Shown here one piece after another: positions 1-10,906 of a stretch of 64,000 nucleotides of DNA. Positions within the stretch are counted from its first letter, which is position 1. Each line of letters begins with the position of its first letter. The notes beneath the pieces are model-generated. The model was not told the origin of the DNA. It did no database searches and saw only the letters and a program-made list of their open reading frames with translations. This DNA is from Rhizobiales bacterium 63-22 (GTDB lineage: Bacteria > Pseudomonadota > Alphaproteobacteria > Rhizobiales > Rhizobiaceae), in the NCBI GenBank assembly GCA_001898995.1, contig MKVZ01000004.1, positions 109,115 to 173,114 on the forward strand, given 5' to 3'. The position numbers and the translations under genes were made by a program.

Positions 1-494
1 CGAAGGAGGGTCTGCTCGATATTCAGGAAATGCAGATCACCAATCTGCGGCTCGGCAAGGCGGCGCTTTCGGCGCAACTGACCCTGCCGAAAGACACCGA
101 CGCCGGGCATCTGGTGGCGAGCGGCTCCGCCGGGCTCACGCATCTGCGCCTGCGGCTCGACAATATGGGCATGTTCGAGGGCCTCGCGATTCCCGCGCTC
201 GCCGCCGCTCTTCAGGAGGCGACGGGCACAGACGATCCGGCGAAAAGCCTCAAGCAATTTCAGGTCGCCGCAGCCGTGGCGCTGGGCGCGTTGCCCGACA
301 GCCGCATCGACGCCGATTCGCGCACGGCCCTGTCGCGCTTCGTGCAGGACCTGCCGCATCCGAGCGGCTTCTTCACGCTCGACATCACCTTCGCCAAGCC
401 GTTGCAGATCGGCGAGAACATGACGCAGCCCACGCAACTGGCGCAGCTCGTGCTTGCCGACGCCAAAATCAAGGCACGCTACGAGGCCCGGTAA
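1..494 (+). CDS. Hypothetical protein, 3' part (gene begins before the window)
   Basis: Frame is open from position 3 (KEGLLDIQEM...) to TAA at 492-494 with host-like codon use. No family recognised. Confidence 0.65.
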   Translation, partial: KEGLLDIQEMQITNLRLGKAALSAQLTLPKDTDAGHLVASGSAGLTHLRLRLDNMGMFEGLAIPALAAALQEATGTDDPAKSLKQFQVAAAVALGALPDSRIDADSRTALSRFVQDLPHPSGFFTLDITFAKPLQIGENMTQPTQLAQLVLADAKIKARYEAR

Positions 495-527
495 AGAAAG
501 CGCGGCGCAACAGGCACACCGCCGGCC

Positions 528-630
528 TAGCGGTTCCTATTTAAACGGAATCGTTGGAACCGCTCTATCTCTTTGTTTTTGCGCATTTCCGAACGCAAAA
601 CCGCTACGCACTTTTGCTGGAAATGCTCTA
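528..630. repeat. ~103-bp two-hairpin palindromic intergenic repeat (Bru-RS/RIME-like), copy 1
   Basis: TAGCGGTTCC...GGAACCGCTCTA hairpin, T-rich linker, then GCATTTCC...CAAAACCG...CACTTTTGCTGGAAATGCTCTA. The terminal CTA is the smc stop codon. Confidence 0.85.
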
Positions 631-3600
631 CCGCCCCGCTGCCCTGTCGCCCTCACTGGCGACCTCCCGCATCCGCTCGGCGGTCTGCAAGTCCACCGAG
701 ACGAGCTGGCTCACGCCCTGCTCGGCCATGGTGACGCCGAACAGGCGGTCCATGCGCGCCATGGTGATGGGATTGTGCGTGATGACGACGAAACGCGTTT
801 CGGTGGAGGCCGCCATTTCGTCCATCAGGTTGCAATAGCGCTCGACATTGTGGTCGTCGAGCGGCGCGTCCACCTCGTCGAGCACGCAGATCGGCGCCGG
901 GTTGGTGAGGAAGACGGCGAAGATCAGCGCCATCGCCGTCAGCGCCTGCTCGCCGCCGGAGAGCAGCGTCATGGTCTGCGGCTTCTTGCCGGGCGGACGG
1001 GCGAGGATTTCCAGCCCCGCCTCCAGCGGATCGTCGCTTTCGATCAGTTGCAGTTCCGCCGTGCCGCCGCCGAACAGATGCGTGAACAGGCGCTGGAACT
1101 GCGCGTTCACCACGTCGAAGGCGGCTAGCAGCCGCTCGCGCCCCTCGCGGTTGAGGCTCTGGATCGCCTGACGCAATTTCTTGATCGCCTTGATCACATC
1201 CTCGCGCTCCGAGACGAGGGTGTCGAGACGGGCCGCCAGTTCCTGACTCTCCTCCTCGGCGCGCAGATTGACCGCGCCCAGCCGCTCGCGCTCGATCTTC
1301 AGCCGTTCGAGCTGACGCTCCAGATGATCGGGATCGGGCAGCGCCTCGTCCGCCTTCAGCCCGGCATGACGGACCGCCTCGTGCGGCGGACAGTTCAGCG
1401 CTTCCAGAATGCGCGCCTCGGCCTGCTTGCGACGCTCCTCGGTGGCGGCGAGCCGTTCCTCGGCACGGGCGCGCTGCTCGCGGCTTGAGGCAAGCTGCTG
1501 GATGGCGAGCGTCGCCGCCTTGTCCAGTTCCGCCTGCGCGGCCTCGGCGGCGGCCAGAACGTCCGCCGCCGCCTTGCGGCGGCTTTCCGCCTGCGTGAGT
1601 TCCGTGAGAAGCGCGCGGCGGCGCTCATCGATCTCGGCCGGCGCCTCGGCCAGCGTTTCCGCCTCTTCCAGCGCTTCGGCGCGGCGCTCGTTCAGTGCGG
1701 CGATCTGGCGGTCGGCATTGCCGGCGCGCGACGTCCAGTTCGCCCGCTCCTGCGCGATGGCCTCAAGGCGGCGGCGGCGCTGATCCGCCTCGCGGCGCAG
1801 CCCCTCATAGGCGGCGCGCGCCTCGGCCAGAGCGGCGCGGTCCGACTGCACCTCGGCGGTAAACGCGGAAAGGCGCGCCGCGACGGCATCCAGATCGGGC
1901 AATCCGCCAAGCCGCTCCCCGGCTTCCGTGACGCGAAGCCCGGCCTCAGCCAGATTTTCCTCAAGCCGCGCCTTCGCCTCTTCGAGTGCCGAGCGGCGGG
2001 TGGCCAGTTCGCCGGCGGCGCGTTCGGCGGCGGAAAGTGCCGCGCGCGCCTCGTCCATCCGGCGCTGCCCGGCGCGCCACTGGTCGCGCGCCACGCGCTC
2101 ACGCTCCACCGCATCGCGCAGCAAAGCCTCGGCGCGCTGCGCCGCCGCTTGCGCCTGTTCGACGCGGGTGCGGGCGGCGACGGATTCGGCGTCGAGTTCC
2201 GCGAGGCGGTTCTTCTGCGCCAGACGCTGCGCGGCCGGCGTCGGCGCATCGGCGCGCGCCGTATAACCGTCCCAGCGCCACAGCGCACCGGCCTTGCTCA
2301 CCAGACGCTGGCCGGGACGAAGCTCGCCCTGCAAGCGCCCGCCATCCGCGTCCGGCACCACGCCGACTTGCGCCAGCCTGCGGCGCAATTGCCGCGGGCC
2401 TTCCACCAGCCGGTCGAGCGGCATCGCGCCCTGCGGCAGGGCGGGATCGGTCTCCGTTGCCGGATTATAGGCCCAGTGGACCGGCGCGCCGCTGTCGCTC
2501 GCCGCATCGAGGTCTTCGCCAAGTGCTGCGCCCAGCGCCACCTCGTAACCCTTCTCGACGCGGAGTTCCTCCACCACGGGCGGAAACTGCCCGGTCTCGC
2601 CGACGGCGAGGATGCGTGCAAGCGTCCGCGCCTCCGTCTCGACACGGTCGAGTTCCGTGCGCGCCTCGGCCAGCGGCTGGCGGCTTGCCGCTTCCGCCGC
2701 GCGCGCCTCGGCCACCAGTTCTTCCGCTCCGGCCACGGCTTCCTCGGCGGCTTCCAGCGCCTGCGCCGCCGCATCCACCGCCATGCGCTTTTCCGCCGGG
2801 TCGAACAGGCCGCCGATCTTTTCCGTGACAGTGGCGATATCGCGGCGCATGGTTTCCATCTGCGCGGCGAGGCGGTCCCGGCCGGCCTCGGCGTCTTTCA
2901 GCGCCCGCTCGATCTGGGCGCGCTCGGCAGCGGCCTCGGCGCGCTCCGCCGTCACCTTCGCCAGCGCGCTTTCGCTGTCTTCGAGCCGCGCTTCCGCTTC
3001 CTGAAACAGGATGCGCAATTCCTCGTCGCGCGCGCCGGAATCCTCGGCCGAGGCGGTCAGTTCCTGCTCTTCCTCGTCAAGCCGCGCCAGAATATCGGCA
3101 TTCTCGCGCAGCATCTGCTCCTCGCGGGCGATGTCGGTGGCAAGCTGCTCCAGCCGCTTCACCAACTCGGCGTGACGCGCGCGCACGCGGCCGTCTTCCT
3201 CGTCAAGCTGCATGCGGGCGATGGAAAGGCGCTGCAAGGCGGCGGCGGCCTTCGCCTCCGCCTCGCGCAGTTCCGGCAATTTATGCGCGCCGACCGCCTG
3301 ATCGCGCGCCGCCTTCATCTGCGCCTCGGCCATGGCGCCGACCGCCGATGTCGCCTGCGCCAGTGCGCTTTGCGCTTCCGCCTCCTGTCCCTTTGCCTGC
3401 ACCCAGCGCAGGTGCAGGAGCGCCGCCTCGGCACGGCGTATGTCGGCGGAAAGCGCCTTGAAACGGCTTGCCTGACGCGCCTGACGCTTCAGGCTGTCGA
3501 TCTGGCTGCCAAGCTCGCCCACCACGTCGTCCAGCCGCTCCAGATTGGTTTCGGCGGCGCGCAGGCGCAATTCGGCCTCGTGGCGGCGCGTATAGAGGCC

Positions 3601-4113
3601 GGAAATGCCTGCCGCCTCCTCCAGCAGGGCGCGGCGGGCCTGCGGCCGGGCCTGAATGAGATCGGCGATGCGCCCCTGCCCGACCATGGACGGCGAGCGC
3701 GCGCCGGTGGACTGGTCGGCGAACAGAAGCTGCACGTCTCTTGCCCGCACTTCCTTGCCGTTGATGCGATAGACGGAACCGGCCTCGCGCTCGATACGGC
3801 GCGACACCTGCAATTCGTCGGCGTCGTTATAGGCGCCGGGCGCGGTGCGGTCGGAATTGTCGAGGAAAAGCGTCACTTCCGCCGTGTTGCGCGCGGGCCG
3901 GGTGGAGGAGCCGGCGAAAATCACGTCGTCCATGCCGGAAGCGCGCATATTCTTGTAGGAGCTTTCGCCCATCACCCAGCGCAGCGCCTCGGTGAGGTTG
4001 GACTTGCCGCAGCCGTTGGGGCCGACCACACCGGTCAGCCCGTCCTCGATGACGAGTTCCATCGGCTCGACGAAGGATTTGAAACCGAGCAGGCGCAATC
4101 TGGAGAAGCGCAT
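628..4113 (-). CDS. smc: Chromosome segregation protein SMC
   Basis: 1161 aa. Walker A GPNGCGKS, long Ala/Glu/Arg coiled coils, signature LSGGE, Walker B VLDEVDAPLD. Confidence 0.97.
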   Translation of the reverse strand: MRFSRLRLLGFKSFVEPMELVIEDGLTGVVGPNGCGKSNLTEALRWVMGESSYKNMRASGMDDVIFAGSSTRPARNTAEVTLFLDNSDRTAPGAYNDADELQVSRRIEREAGSVYRINGKEVRARDVQLLFADQSTGARSPSMVGQGRIADLIQARPQARRALLEEAAGISGLYTRRHEAELRLRAAETNLERLDDVVGELGSQIDSLKRQARQASRFKALSADIRRAEAALLHLRWVQAKGQEAEAQSALAQATSAVGAMAEAQMKAARDQAVGAHKLPELREAEAKAAAALQRLSIARMQLDEEDGRVRARHAELVKRLEQLATDIAREEQMLRENADILARLDEEEQELTASAEDSGARDEELRILFQEAEARLEDSESALAKVTAERAEAAAERAQIERALKDAEAGRDRLAAQMETMRRDIATVTEKIGGLFDPAEKRMAVDAAAQALEAAEEAVAGAEELVAEARAAEAASRQPLAEARTELDRVETEARTLARILAVGETGQFPPVVEELRVEKGYEVALGAALGEDLDAASDSGAPVHWAYNPATETDPALPQGAMPLDRLVEGPRQLRRRLAQVGVVPDADGGRLQGELRPGQRLVSKAGALWRWDGYTARADAPTPAAQRLAQKNRLAELDAESVAARTRVEQAQAAAQRAEALLRDAVERERVARDQWRAGQRRMDEARAALSAAERAAGELATRRSALEEAKARLEENLAEAGLRVTEAGERLGGLPDLDAVAARLSAFTAEVQSDRAALAEARAAYEGLRREADQRRRRLEAIAQERANWTSRAGNADRQIAALNERRAEALEEAETLAEAPAEIDERRRALLTELTQAESRRKAAADVLAAAEAAQAELDKAATLAIQQLASSREQRARAEERLAATEERRKQAEARILEALNCPPHEAVRHAGLKADEALPDPDHLERQLERLKIERERLGAVNLRAEEESQELAARLDTLVSEREDVIKAIKKLRQAIQSLNREGRERLLAAFDVVNAQFQRLFTHLFGGGTAELQLIESDDPLEAGLEILARPPGKKPQTMTLLSGGEQALTAMALIFAVFLTNPAPICVLDEVDAPLDDHNVERYCNLMDEMAASTETRFVVITHNPITMARMDRLFGVTMAEQGVSQLVSVDLQTAERMREVASEGDRAAGR

Positions 4114-4149
4114 CAGCCGGTCCCCCGCGCGCCAGTCGCCGGGAAGCGG

Positions 4150-4180
4150 AAAACGGGCGCGGCGGCGCGCCCGCCCGTTT
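4150..4180 (-). terminator. Putative intrinsic terminator after dsbA
   Basis: AAACGGGCG / CGCCCGTTT inverted repeat with a short U-run on the minus strand. Confidence 0.5.
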
Positions 4181-4194
4181 CAATGAAAAGCGGA

Positions 4195-4848
4195 TCAGAG
4201 AAGCTTGTCGATGATCCCCGACATTTCGTCAACCGATAAGGCTCCCGCGTATTTCTTGCCGTTGATGAAGAAGGTCGGCGTCGCATTGACCCCGAAATCC
4301 TTCGACGCGCGCTCCGTCGATGCTCTCACATCATCGAGAAGTTTCTGGTTCGTCAAGCAAGCCTTGAACGACTCCTGTGTAAAACCCGCCAGCTTGGCGA
4401 TCTGAAGCAGCGCGGCCTCGCCGTCGGAGGCGGTAGCCCATTCCTCCTGCTGCTTGAAGAAGACCTCGACCATGGGGAAATAACGGTCTTCCGGCGCGCA
4501 GCGTGCCAGCATGAAAGCCGCCGTGGCGCGCGGATCGAAGGGGAACTCGCGGAAGATCAGCCGCACCTTGCCGGTGTCGATGTATTTTTCCTTGATCTTC
4601 GGAAAGGTGTTGATGGCGAAATCGGCGCAATGCGGGCAGGTCAGCGAGGCATATTCGACGATGGTGACGGGCGCGTCGGCCTTGCCGTAGCTCATGTCCT
4701 TGAGCTTGCCGGGTTGAAGCAGCTTGGCCATATCGACCGTGCCGTCCGGCTTGACATCCTCCGCCCTTGCGCTCCCCGCGAGGGCGAGCCCGGCAGCGGC
4801 GGCTCCGGCGAGAGAAATGACGTGTCTGCGATTGATCCCTGCGGGCAT
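4195..4848 (-). CDS. dsbA: DsbA-family thiol:disulfide oxidoreductase
   Basis: EYASLTCPHC active site, cis-Pro loop ATPTFFING, N-terminal INRRHV signal peptide. Start chosen at MPAGINRR (alternative 4857). Confidence 0.9.
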   Translation of the reverse strand: MPAGINRRHVISLAGAAAAGLALAGSARAEDVKPDGTVDMAKLLQPGKLKDMSYGKADAPVTIVEYASLTCPHCADFAINTFPKIKEKYIDTGKVRLIFREFPFDPRATAAFMLARCAPEDRYFPMVEVFFKQQEEWATASDGEAALLQIAKLAGFTQESFKACLTNQKLLDDVRASTERASKDFGVNATPTFFINGKKYAGALSVDEMSGIIDKLL

Positions 4849-5040
4849 GCGAATCATCCAGTCCTGTTTCAATGATACGTTGTGGCATAATCTAAAGCGG
4901 CGGGCGGCTCTTCGCCAGTCCCGCATGTTCATATCACCGCCAGCATGGCGTGATCGGCATATTCGGGAATGAACCGGCCGCCGGGGCCATTGCAGAAGCT
5001 ATGTCCCGCCTGAATCGAATTTAAGGCAGGCGAAGCGGCT

Positions 5041-5547
5041 TCATTTCTTTCCGTGTTTTTCGGCGAGAATGCTGCGGCCCAGACGGGCAAGCGCGGCGCG
5101 CAGCGCGTCGTCCTCGATGCCGCCGGTGGCCTTTTCGATGCGGCGTTCCTCGGCGGGGCCGAGCGGGACGGCGCGTTTCGCCCGGCGCTTCTGCGGCAGG
5201 ACGGGTGGCTTCTGCTCGATCCTGATCCGCCCTATCGCCGAAAAGCCGAGAAAGCCATTGACGCGGGCGATGATCTCGCTTGTCTCGTGCTGGATGCGCA
5301 GGGCCGCGAAACCCTCGCAGGCGACGACCAGCGTCGCGGGCGTGAACGGGTCGTCCTCGCGCAGGCGGCGCGGCCAGAGAATGCGCAGCGGGCGCGACGC
5401 GGCGCCCGTCGCCGGGCCGACGATATCCTCCCAGCCTTGCAGAAGCGCCAGATTGATGCCCGCGCGCTTTTGCAACATCGGGTCGACAAGACCCGACGCC
5501 ATATCCGCCAGCGGCCGGAAGCCGCGTCTCGGGTTCGGCTCACTCAT
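5041..5547 (-). CDS. dciA: DUF721 / DciA-family helicase-loading protein
   Basis: WEDIVG, LVVACEG, LRIQHETSEIIARVNGFLG motifs typical of DUF721. Conserved position upstream of dsbA-smc. Confidence 0.8.
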   Translation of the reverse strand: MSEPNPRRGFRPLADMASGLVDPMLQKRAGINLALLQGWEDIVGPATGAASRPLRILWPRRLREDDPFTPATLVVACEGFAALRIQHETSEIIARVNGFLGFSAIGRIRIEQKPPVLPQKRRAKRAVPLGPAEERRIEKATGGIEDDALRAALARLGRSILAEKHGKK

Positions 5548-5580
5548 CGCCGCATCATACACAAAAATGACGCCGCCGCA

Positions 5581-6840
5581 TCACGGGCCCGTATGCCTGC
5601 CGAACATGTAGGTTTCAAGGCCGGCGCGGCGCGCGGCCATGATCCGCCGGGAGGCGGCGGCATTCAGCACGGCAAGGAAGAACATGGTGGACGAAATCGT
5701 CATCTCGTGCAGCAGCGGATTGTGCAGCATGCCGTAACTGCCGCAGATGGCGGCGTAACAGAGCAGCGCGCGGCGCATGGCCCAACTGCTCGCGGTGCGC
5801 CACAGATGGATGAAGATCGACAGGAACCCGCTCATCATGAAGAAAAGGCCGATAATGCCGTCGTTCAGCAATTCGTCCAGAATGGTGTTGTGCACATGCA
5901 GAAAGCCTTTCAGCAGATAGGCCTTGTTGCCGGCTTCGGCGCGCACGTCGGCCATCTTCGCATAGCCGCCGACGCCGGCGATGGGATGGTGCGCGATGAT
6001 TTTTACCGCGCTCTGCCACATCGCCTCGCGTATATCGGCGGAAATCTTGTCCTCCCAGTCGGCGCTGTTGCCGGTGTCGTAATATTCGATCATGCCGGTG
6101 AAGCGGTTGGAAATGATGGTGCCGACCGGTCCCACGACAACCAGCGCAACCAGCGCCGCAATCAGTGCGGCGTAGACGGCGCCCTGCTGGCGGATATTGA
6201 AACGGCGCATGAAGAGTATGATCTCCACCACCGCGAAGAACGGGATCACCACGATAACCGCGCGCGTCTCCGAGGGCAGGATGGCGGCGAGGCCAAGCAC
6301 CAGCCAGTGCGGCCCGTTCGGCAGCCAGCGCGGGGCGGCACGCACGGGGATCGACGCCGAAACGGCGGTCACGCCCGCCAGAAAGGCGAAAACCGCCTGA
6401 TTGCCGCCAACCCCGATGCGCCCGCCCGCCGTCATCGCGAGAAACACCGCCACCACCGCCGCGAGGATGATGCCGACGCGCGAGCCGAGTACATAAGCCT
6501 TGAGCGGATCGCGGATCAGCGCCATGCCCGGACCGCCGAAAGCGAAGATCGCCACCAGAAGCGTATAGCCGATCTGGCGGTTTTCATGGAAAGGCTCATG
6601 ACGGTACAGGATCAGCCCCAGCGACCAGGCCGCATAGAGCAGGATGAAGATATAGAATTTCTTGCAGAACAGCCGCGCGACCGAGTGCCGGGCGCTACTG
6701 ATATAGATGCCGAGGCAGGAAAAGACGAACAGGATCAGCGGCCCGAGGCCGATGCGCACCGGCATGGACGCCGCTGCGACGCCCAGCGCCCATGCGTCGA
6801 ACCGGCGGCGGAACAGGAACTGCTTCTTGAAGGATTTCAA
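5581..6840 (-). CDS. O-antigen ligase-like (Wzy_C/WaaL family) membrane protein
   Basis: Multi-TM 419 aa with SETRA, R..MW..A...I..HP..GVG and HVHN..LD.L...GIIG motifs. TTG start overlaps the GT25 stop. Confidence 0.8.
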   Translation of the reverse strand: MKSFKKQFLFRRRFDAWALGVAAASMPVRIGLGPLILFVFSCLGIYISSARHSVARLFCKKFYIFILLYAAWSLGLILYRHEPFHENRQIGYTLLVAIFAFGGPGMALIRDPLKAYVLGSRVGIILAAVVAVFLAMTAGGRIGVGGNQAVFAFLAGVTAVSASIPVRAAPRWLPNGPHWLVLGLAAILPSETRAVIVVIPFFAVVEIILFMRRFNIRQQGAVYAALIAALVALVVVGPVGTIISNRFTGMIEYYDTGNSADWEDKISADIREAMWQSAVKIIAHHPIAGVGGYAKMADVRAEAGNKAYLLKGFLHVHNTILDELLNDGIIGLFFMMSGFLSIFIHLWRTASSWAMRRALLCYAAICGSYGMLHNPLLHEMTISSTMFFLAVLNAAASRRIMAARRAGLETYMFGRHTGP

Positions 6841-7613
6841 TTCCCGACCTCTTTCAGATTGTTCTGATGCAAAGCATAAACGATTCGCCGCACGTAATCC
6901 GTCGCCCGGAAGACGAGCGTCCCCAGCCTTTTCCAGACCGGCAGACGGGTGCGGGCATAGGCCGCGCGGCTATCTGCAATCGTCGACAGGGCCATATCCG
7001 ACAGGGCGACGACGGGCCTGTCGGTGGTGAAGATGGCATAATCACCCGCCCAGCCGCGTTCCAGCGCGACATCATAGGGCAGACGCATGGGCCGGATGGT
7101 GGCGAGCAGCTTCGCCGCTCCCGTCCGGCTCACCATATAGGCTGCGGAACTGCCGAGCGGCCCGTGCAGGCAGCGCCCGACGCGAAACTTGCCCACACGC
7201 CGGCACGGACGGAAGGCCCGCGTGCGATGATTGACGATCTTCACCGCATCCCAGCCGGAAATATGCGTCATTTCTTCCACGAAAGGCAGGAAGTCGTCCG
7301 TGAAGGCCACATCGTCCTCCACCACCACCGCGAAAGGTTCCGGCGCGGCGGCGATCATCGCAAGCGCGTCGATATGGCTGAAATAGCAGCCGATCTCCGC
7401 CGGCATGGCGATCTTGCCGTGCAGGCGGCGGAAACCGGCCGCGTCGAAATCACGCAGGGCCTCAAGCGTCAGCGCCTTGCCCTCCACCGCCTCGACCCGA
7501 CGCAAATCGACGGAAAACCGCGCCGCGCTCGCCGCGAGCCGCTCGAAACGGTCACGCGAGCGGGCAAGGTTGATGGCATAAACCGGGATAGGGGCAGGTA
7601 CGGAACGATCCAC
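6837..7613 (-). CDS. Glycosyltransferase family 25
   Basis: YAINLARSRDRFE, EIGCYFSH, VVEDD, AAYMVSRTGAAKLL and P.D motifs. Confidence 0.88.
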   Translation of the reverse strand: MDRSVPAPIPVYAINLARSRDRFERLAASAARFSVDLRRVEAVEGKALTLEALRDFDAAGFRRLHGKIAMPAEIGCYFSHIDALAMIAAAPEPFAVVVEDDVAFTDDFLPFVEEMTHISGWDAVKIVNHRTRAFRPCRRVGKFRVGRCLHGPLGSSAAYMVSRTGAAKLLATIRPMRLPYDVALERGWAGDYAIFTTDRPVVALSDMALSTIADSRAAYARTRLPVWKRLGTLVFRATDYVRRIVYALHQNNLKEVGN

Positions 7614-7802
7614 TCGGTTTCTTTCAAGAGAGGCAGCCCGACGCCCGGAAAAGGCGGCATGGCACGGCAGGTCGGTGGAATCCGCCGGACGCCGATATCG
7701 ATTGCAATATGTTCGTCGTTCTTATGTTGAAGCATTTTTTCTATCAATTCCAAAAATGCGGCATTAATCAGAAAACCGTCCGATCATGGGAAGACGCCGT
7801 CG

Positions 7803-8927
7803 ATGCCTCCATCCAGCCCCGCCGTAAAAAGCCCTGCCGCGCGGAACCACAGGCTGCTCGACTGGTACGACCGCCATCACCGCGTCCTGCCCTGGCGCGT
7901 ATCGCCGGCCGCTCAGGCGCGCGGCGTGAAGCCCGATCCCTACCGGGTCTGGCTATCGGAAATTATGCTGCAACAGACCACGGTGGAAGCGGTGAAGTCC
8001 TATTTCACCGCCTTCGTCGCCCGCTGGCCCGACGTGAACGCCATGGCAAGCGCGAGCGAGGACGACATCCTGCGCGCATGGGCGGGGCTCGGCTATTATT
8101 CGCGGGCACGTAATCTGAAAAAATGCGCCGATCTGGTGGCGAAACCGTTCGGCGGGCGTTTTCCGGCGAGCGCGGCGGCGCTGAAAGAACTGCCGGGCAT
8201 CGGCGACTACACGGCCGCAGCCATCGCGGCCATCGCCTTCGATGAACCCGTCGCGGTGGTGGACGGCAATGTGGAGCGCGTCGTCACGCGGCTTCATGCC
8301 ATCGAAACGCCGCTCCCCGCCGCCAAGACGGAGATCAGGCGGCTGACGGGCGCGATGACGCCGCGGGAGCGGCCCGGCGATTTCGCTCAAGGCATGATGG
8401 ATCTCGGCGCGACGATCTGCACCCCGCGCCGCCCGGCCTGCGTGATCTGTCCGCTGAACGAGGGTTGCGCGGCGCTTGCCGCCGGCGACCCGGAACGCTT
8501 TCCGGTCAAGGCGCCGAAGGCGGAAAAGCCGGTGCGCTTCGGCGCCGCATTCGTCGCGGTGGCGAGGGACGGCGCCATTTTCCTTCGCAAACGCGAGGGC
8601 AAGGGCTTGCTCGCCGGGATGGCGGAAGTGCCCGGCAGCGGCTGGACGGCGCGCATGGACGGCGACAGGACGACGGCCGCCGCCCCCTTCCCCGCCGACT
8701 GGCGGCCTACCGGCTCCATCACCCACGTCTTCACGCATTTCGAGTTGCGGCTGTCGGTCTACCGCGCCGATCATATATGCAAGGATGCGGCGGCGGACGG
8801 CTGGTGGTCGGCTCCGGACACGCTTTCCGGCGAAGCCCTGCCGACCGTCATGAAAAAAGCGATCAGCGCCGCCGTTCCGGAAGCGTTCGGGCCGAAAGCA
8901 TTTGCGCAAGGAAGGAAAAAACATTGA
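7803..8927 (+). CDS. mutY: A/G-specific adenine glycosylase
   Basis: WLSEIMLQQT, WAGLGYYSRARNL, HhH LPGIGDYTA, VDGNVER, 4Fe-4S motif C-x6-C-x2-C-x5-C, NUDIX-like C-terminus. Confidence 0.96.
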   Translation: MPPSSPAVKSPAARNHRLLDWYDRHHRVLPWRVSPAAQARGVKPDPYRVWLSEIMLQQTTVEAVKSYFTAFVARWPDVNAMASASEDDILRAWAGLGYYSRARNLKKCADLVAKPFGGRFPASAAALKELPGIGDYTAAAIAAIAFDEPVAVVDGNVERVVTRLHAIETPLPAAKTEIRRLTGAMTPRERPGDFAQGMMDLGATICTPRRPACVICPLNEGCAALAAGDPERFPVKAPKAEKPVRFGAAFVAVARDGAIFLRKREGKGLLAGMAEVPGSGWTARMDGDRTTAAAPFPADWRPTGSITHVFTHFELRLSVYRADHICKDAAADGWWSAPDTLSGEALPTVMKKAISAAVPEAFGPKAFAQGRKKH

Positions 8928-9535
8928 GCGAGATCAGGCACATCGTCTTCGACATCGGCAAGGTTCTCGTGCATTACGACCCGGAACTGGCCTATCTGGA
9001 CCTGATCCCCGACGCAAGCGAGCGACGGCGGTTTCTGGATACGGTCTGCACATCGGCATGGAACCTCGAACAGGATCGCGGCCGGAGTTGGCGCGAGGCG
9101 GAAGCGCTCCTGATCGGCCGCCATCCCGACCGCCGCGACCATATCGAAGCCTTCCGCCGCAACTGGCGGCGGATGGTCCCATACGCCTATGAGGACAGCG
9201 TGGCGATCTTTCGCGGCCTCATCGCCGCCGGTCATGACGTGACCATGCTGACCAACTTCGCGCCCGACACGTTCCGCGAGGCGCAATCCGCCTATCCGTT
9301 CCTGACCGAAAGCCGCGGCGTGACGGTGTCGGGCGAAGTGAAGATGCTGAAGCCGGACCGCGAAATCTACGAGCACCACGCCGCATCGTTCGGCCTCGAT
9401 CCTGCGGCAACGCTGTTCATCGACGACATGGCGACCAATGCGGAGGGCGCGAAAACGGCAGGCTGGCAGGCCGTGCATTTCACCGGTGCGCCGGCGCTTG
9501 CGCACGCACTCCGGGAGCGTGGCCTCGCCTTCTGA
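8924..9535 (+). CDS. HAD-family phosphatase
   Basis: FDIGKVL motif I, LTN, KP and FIDD motif IV. TTG start overlaps the mutY stop and follows a GGAAGGA RBS. Confidence 0.85.
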   Translation: MSEIRHIVFDIGKVLVHYDPELAYLDLIPDASERRRFLDTVCTSAWNLEQDRGRSWREAEALLIGRHPDRRDHIEAFRRNWRRMVPYAYEDSVAIFRGLIAAGHDVTMLTNFAPDTFREAQSAYPFLTESRGVTVSGEVKMLKPDREIYEHHAASFGLDPAATLFIDDMATNAEGAKTAGWQAVHFTGAPALAHALRERGLAF

Positions 9536-9537
9536 CC

Positions 9538-9572
9538 AAAAAGATGCCCGAAGCGGGCTTCGGGCATCTTTT
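9538..9572. terminator. Bidirectional intrinsic terminator between HAD gene and ccrM
   Basis: AAAAGATGCCCGAAGC / GCTTCGGGCATCTTTT perfect inverted repeat between convergent genes. Confidence 0.85.
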
Positions 9573-9609
9573 CATCAGACTTTGCTGGAGGTCGTCCGAT
9601 ATAGAATTG

Positions 9610-10800
<1,191 letters not shown>

Positions 10801-10812
10801 TTATCGAACAGC

Positions 10813-10862
10813 GTGAATATAGCGTTAACGGCAAACGATTGATATCGTTAATTTTTATTAAA
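10813..10862 (-). promoter_or_regulatory. Two candidate CtrA boxes upstream of ccrM
   Basis: Minus strand TTAA-N7-TTCAC (10813-10828) and TTTA-N7-TTAAC (10847-10862), each one mismatch from TTAA-N7-TTAAC. Confidence 0.55.
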
Positions 10863-10867
10863 CATGG

Positions 10868-10892
10868 CGGCCCGGCCGCGAAGGCCGGGCCG
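10868..10892 (-). terminator. Hairpin downstream of leuA
   Basis: CGGCCCGGCC / GGCCGGGCCG 10-bp stem just after the leuA stop. Confidence 0.6.
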
Positions 10893-10906
10893 TGAAATGC
10901 AGGCCG

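Noticed and set aside
2149-4239. Long antisense/overlapping ORFs (also 21775-24453, 34855-36813, 38883-40847, 57278-59191, 5053-6867)
   Set aside because: They shadow well-supported genes on the opposite strand, are Arg/Ala/Gly-rich without motifs, and are expected from stop-codon scarcity in GC-rich, codon-biased DNA.
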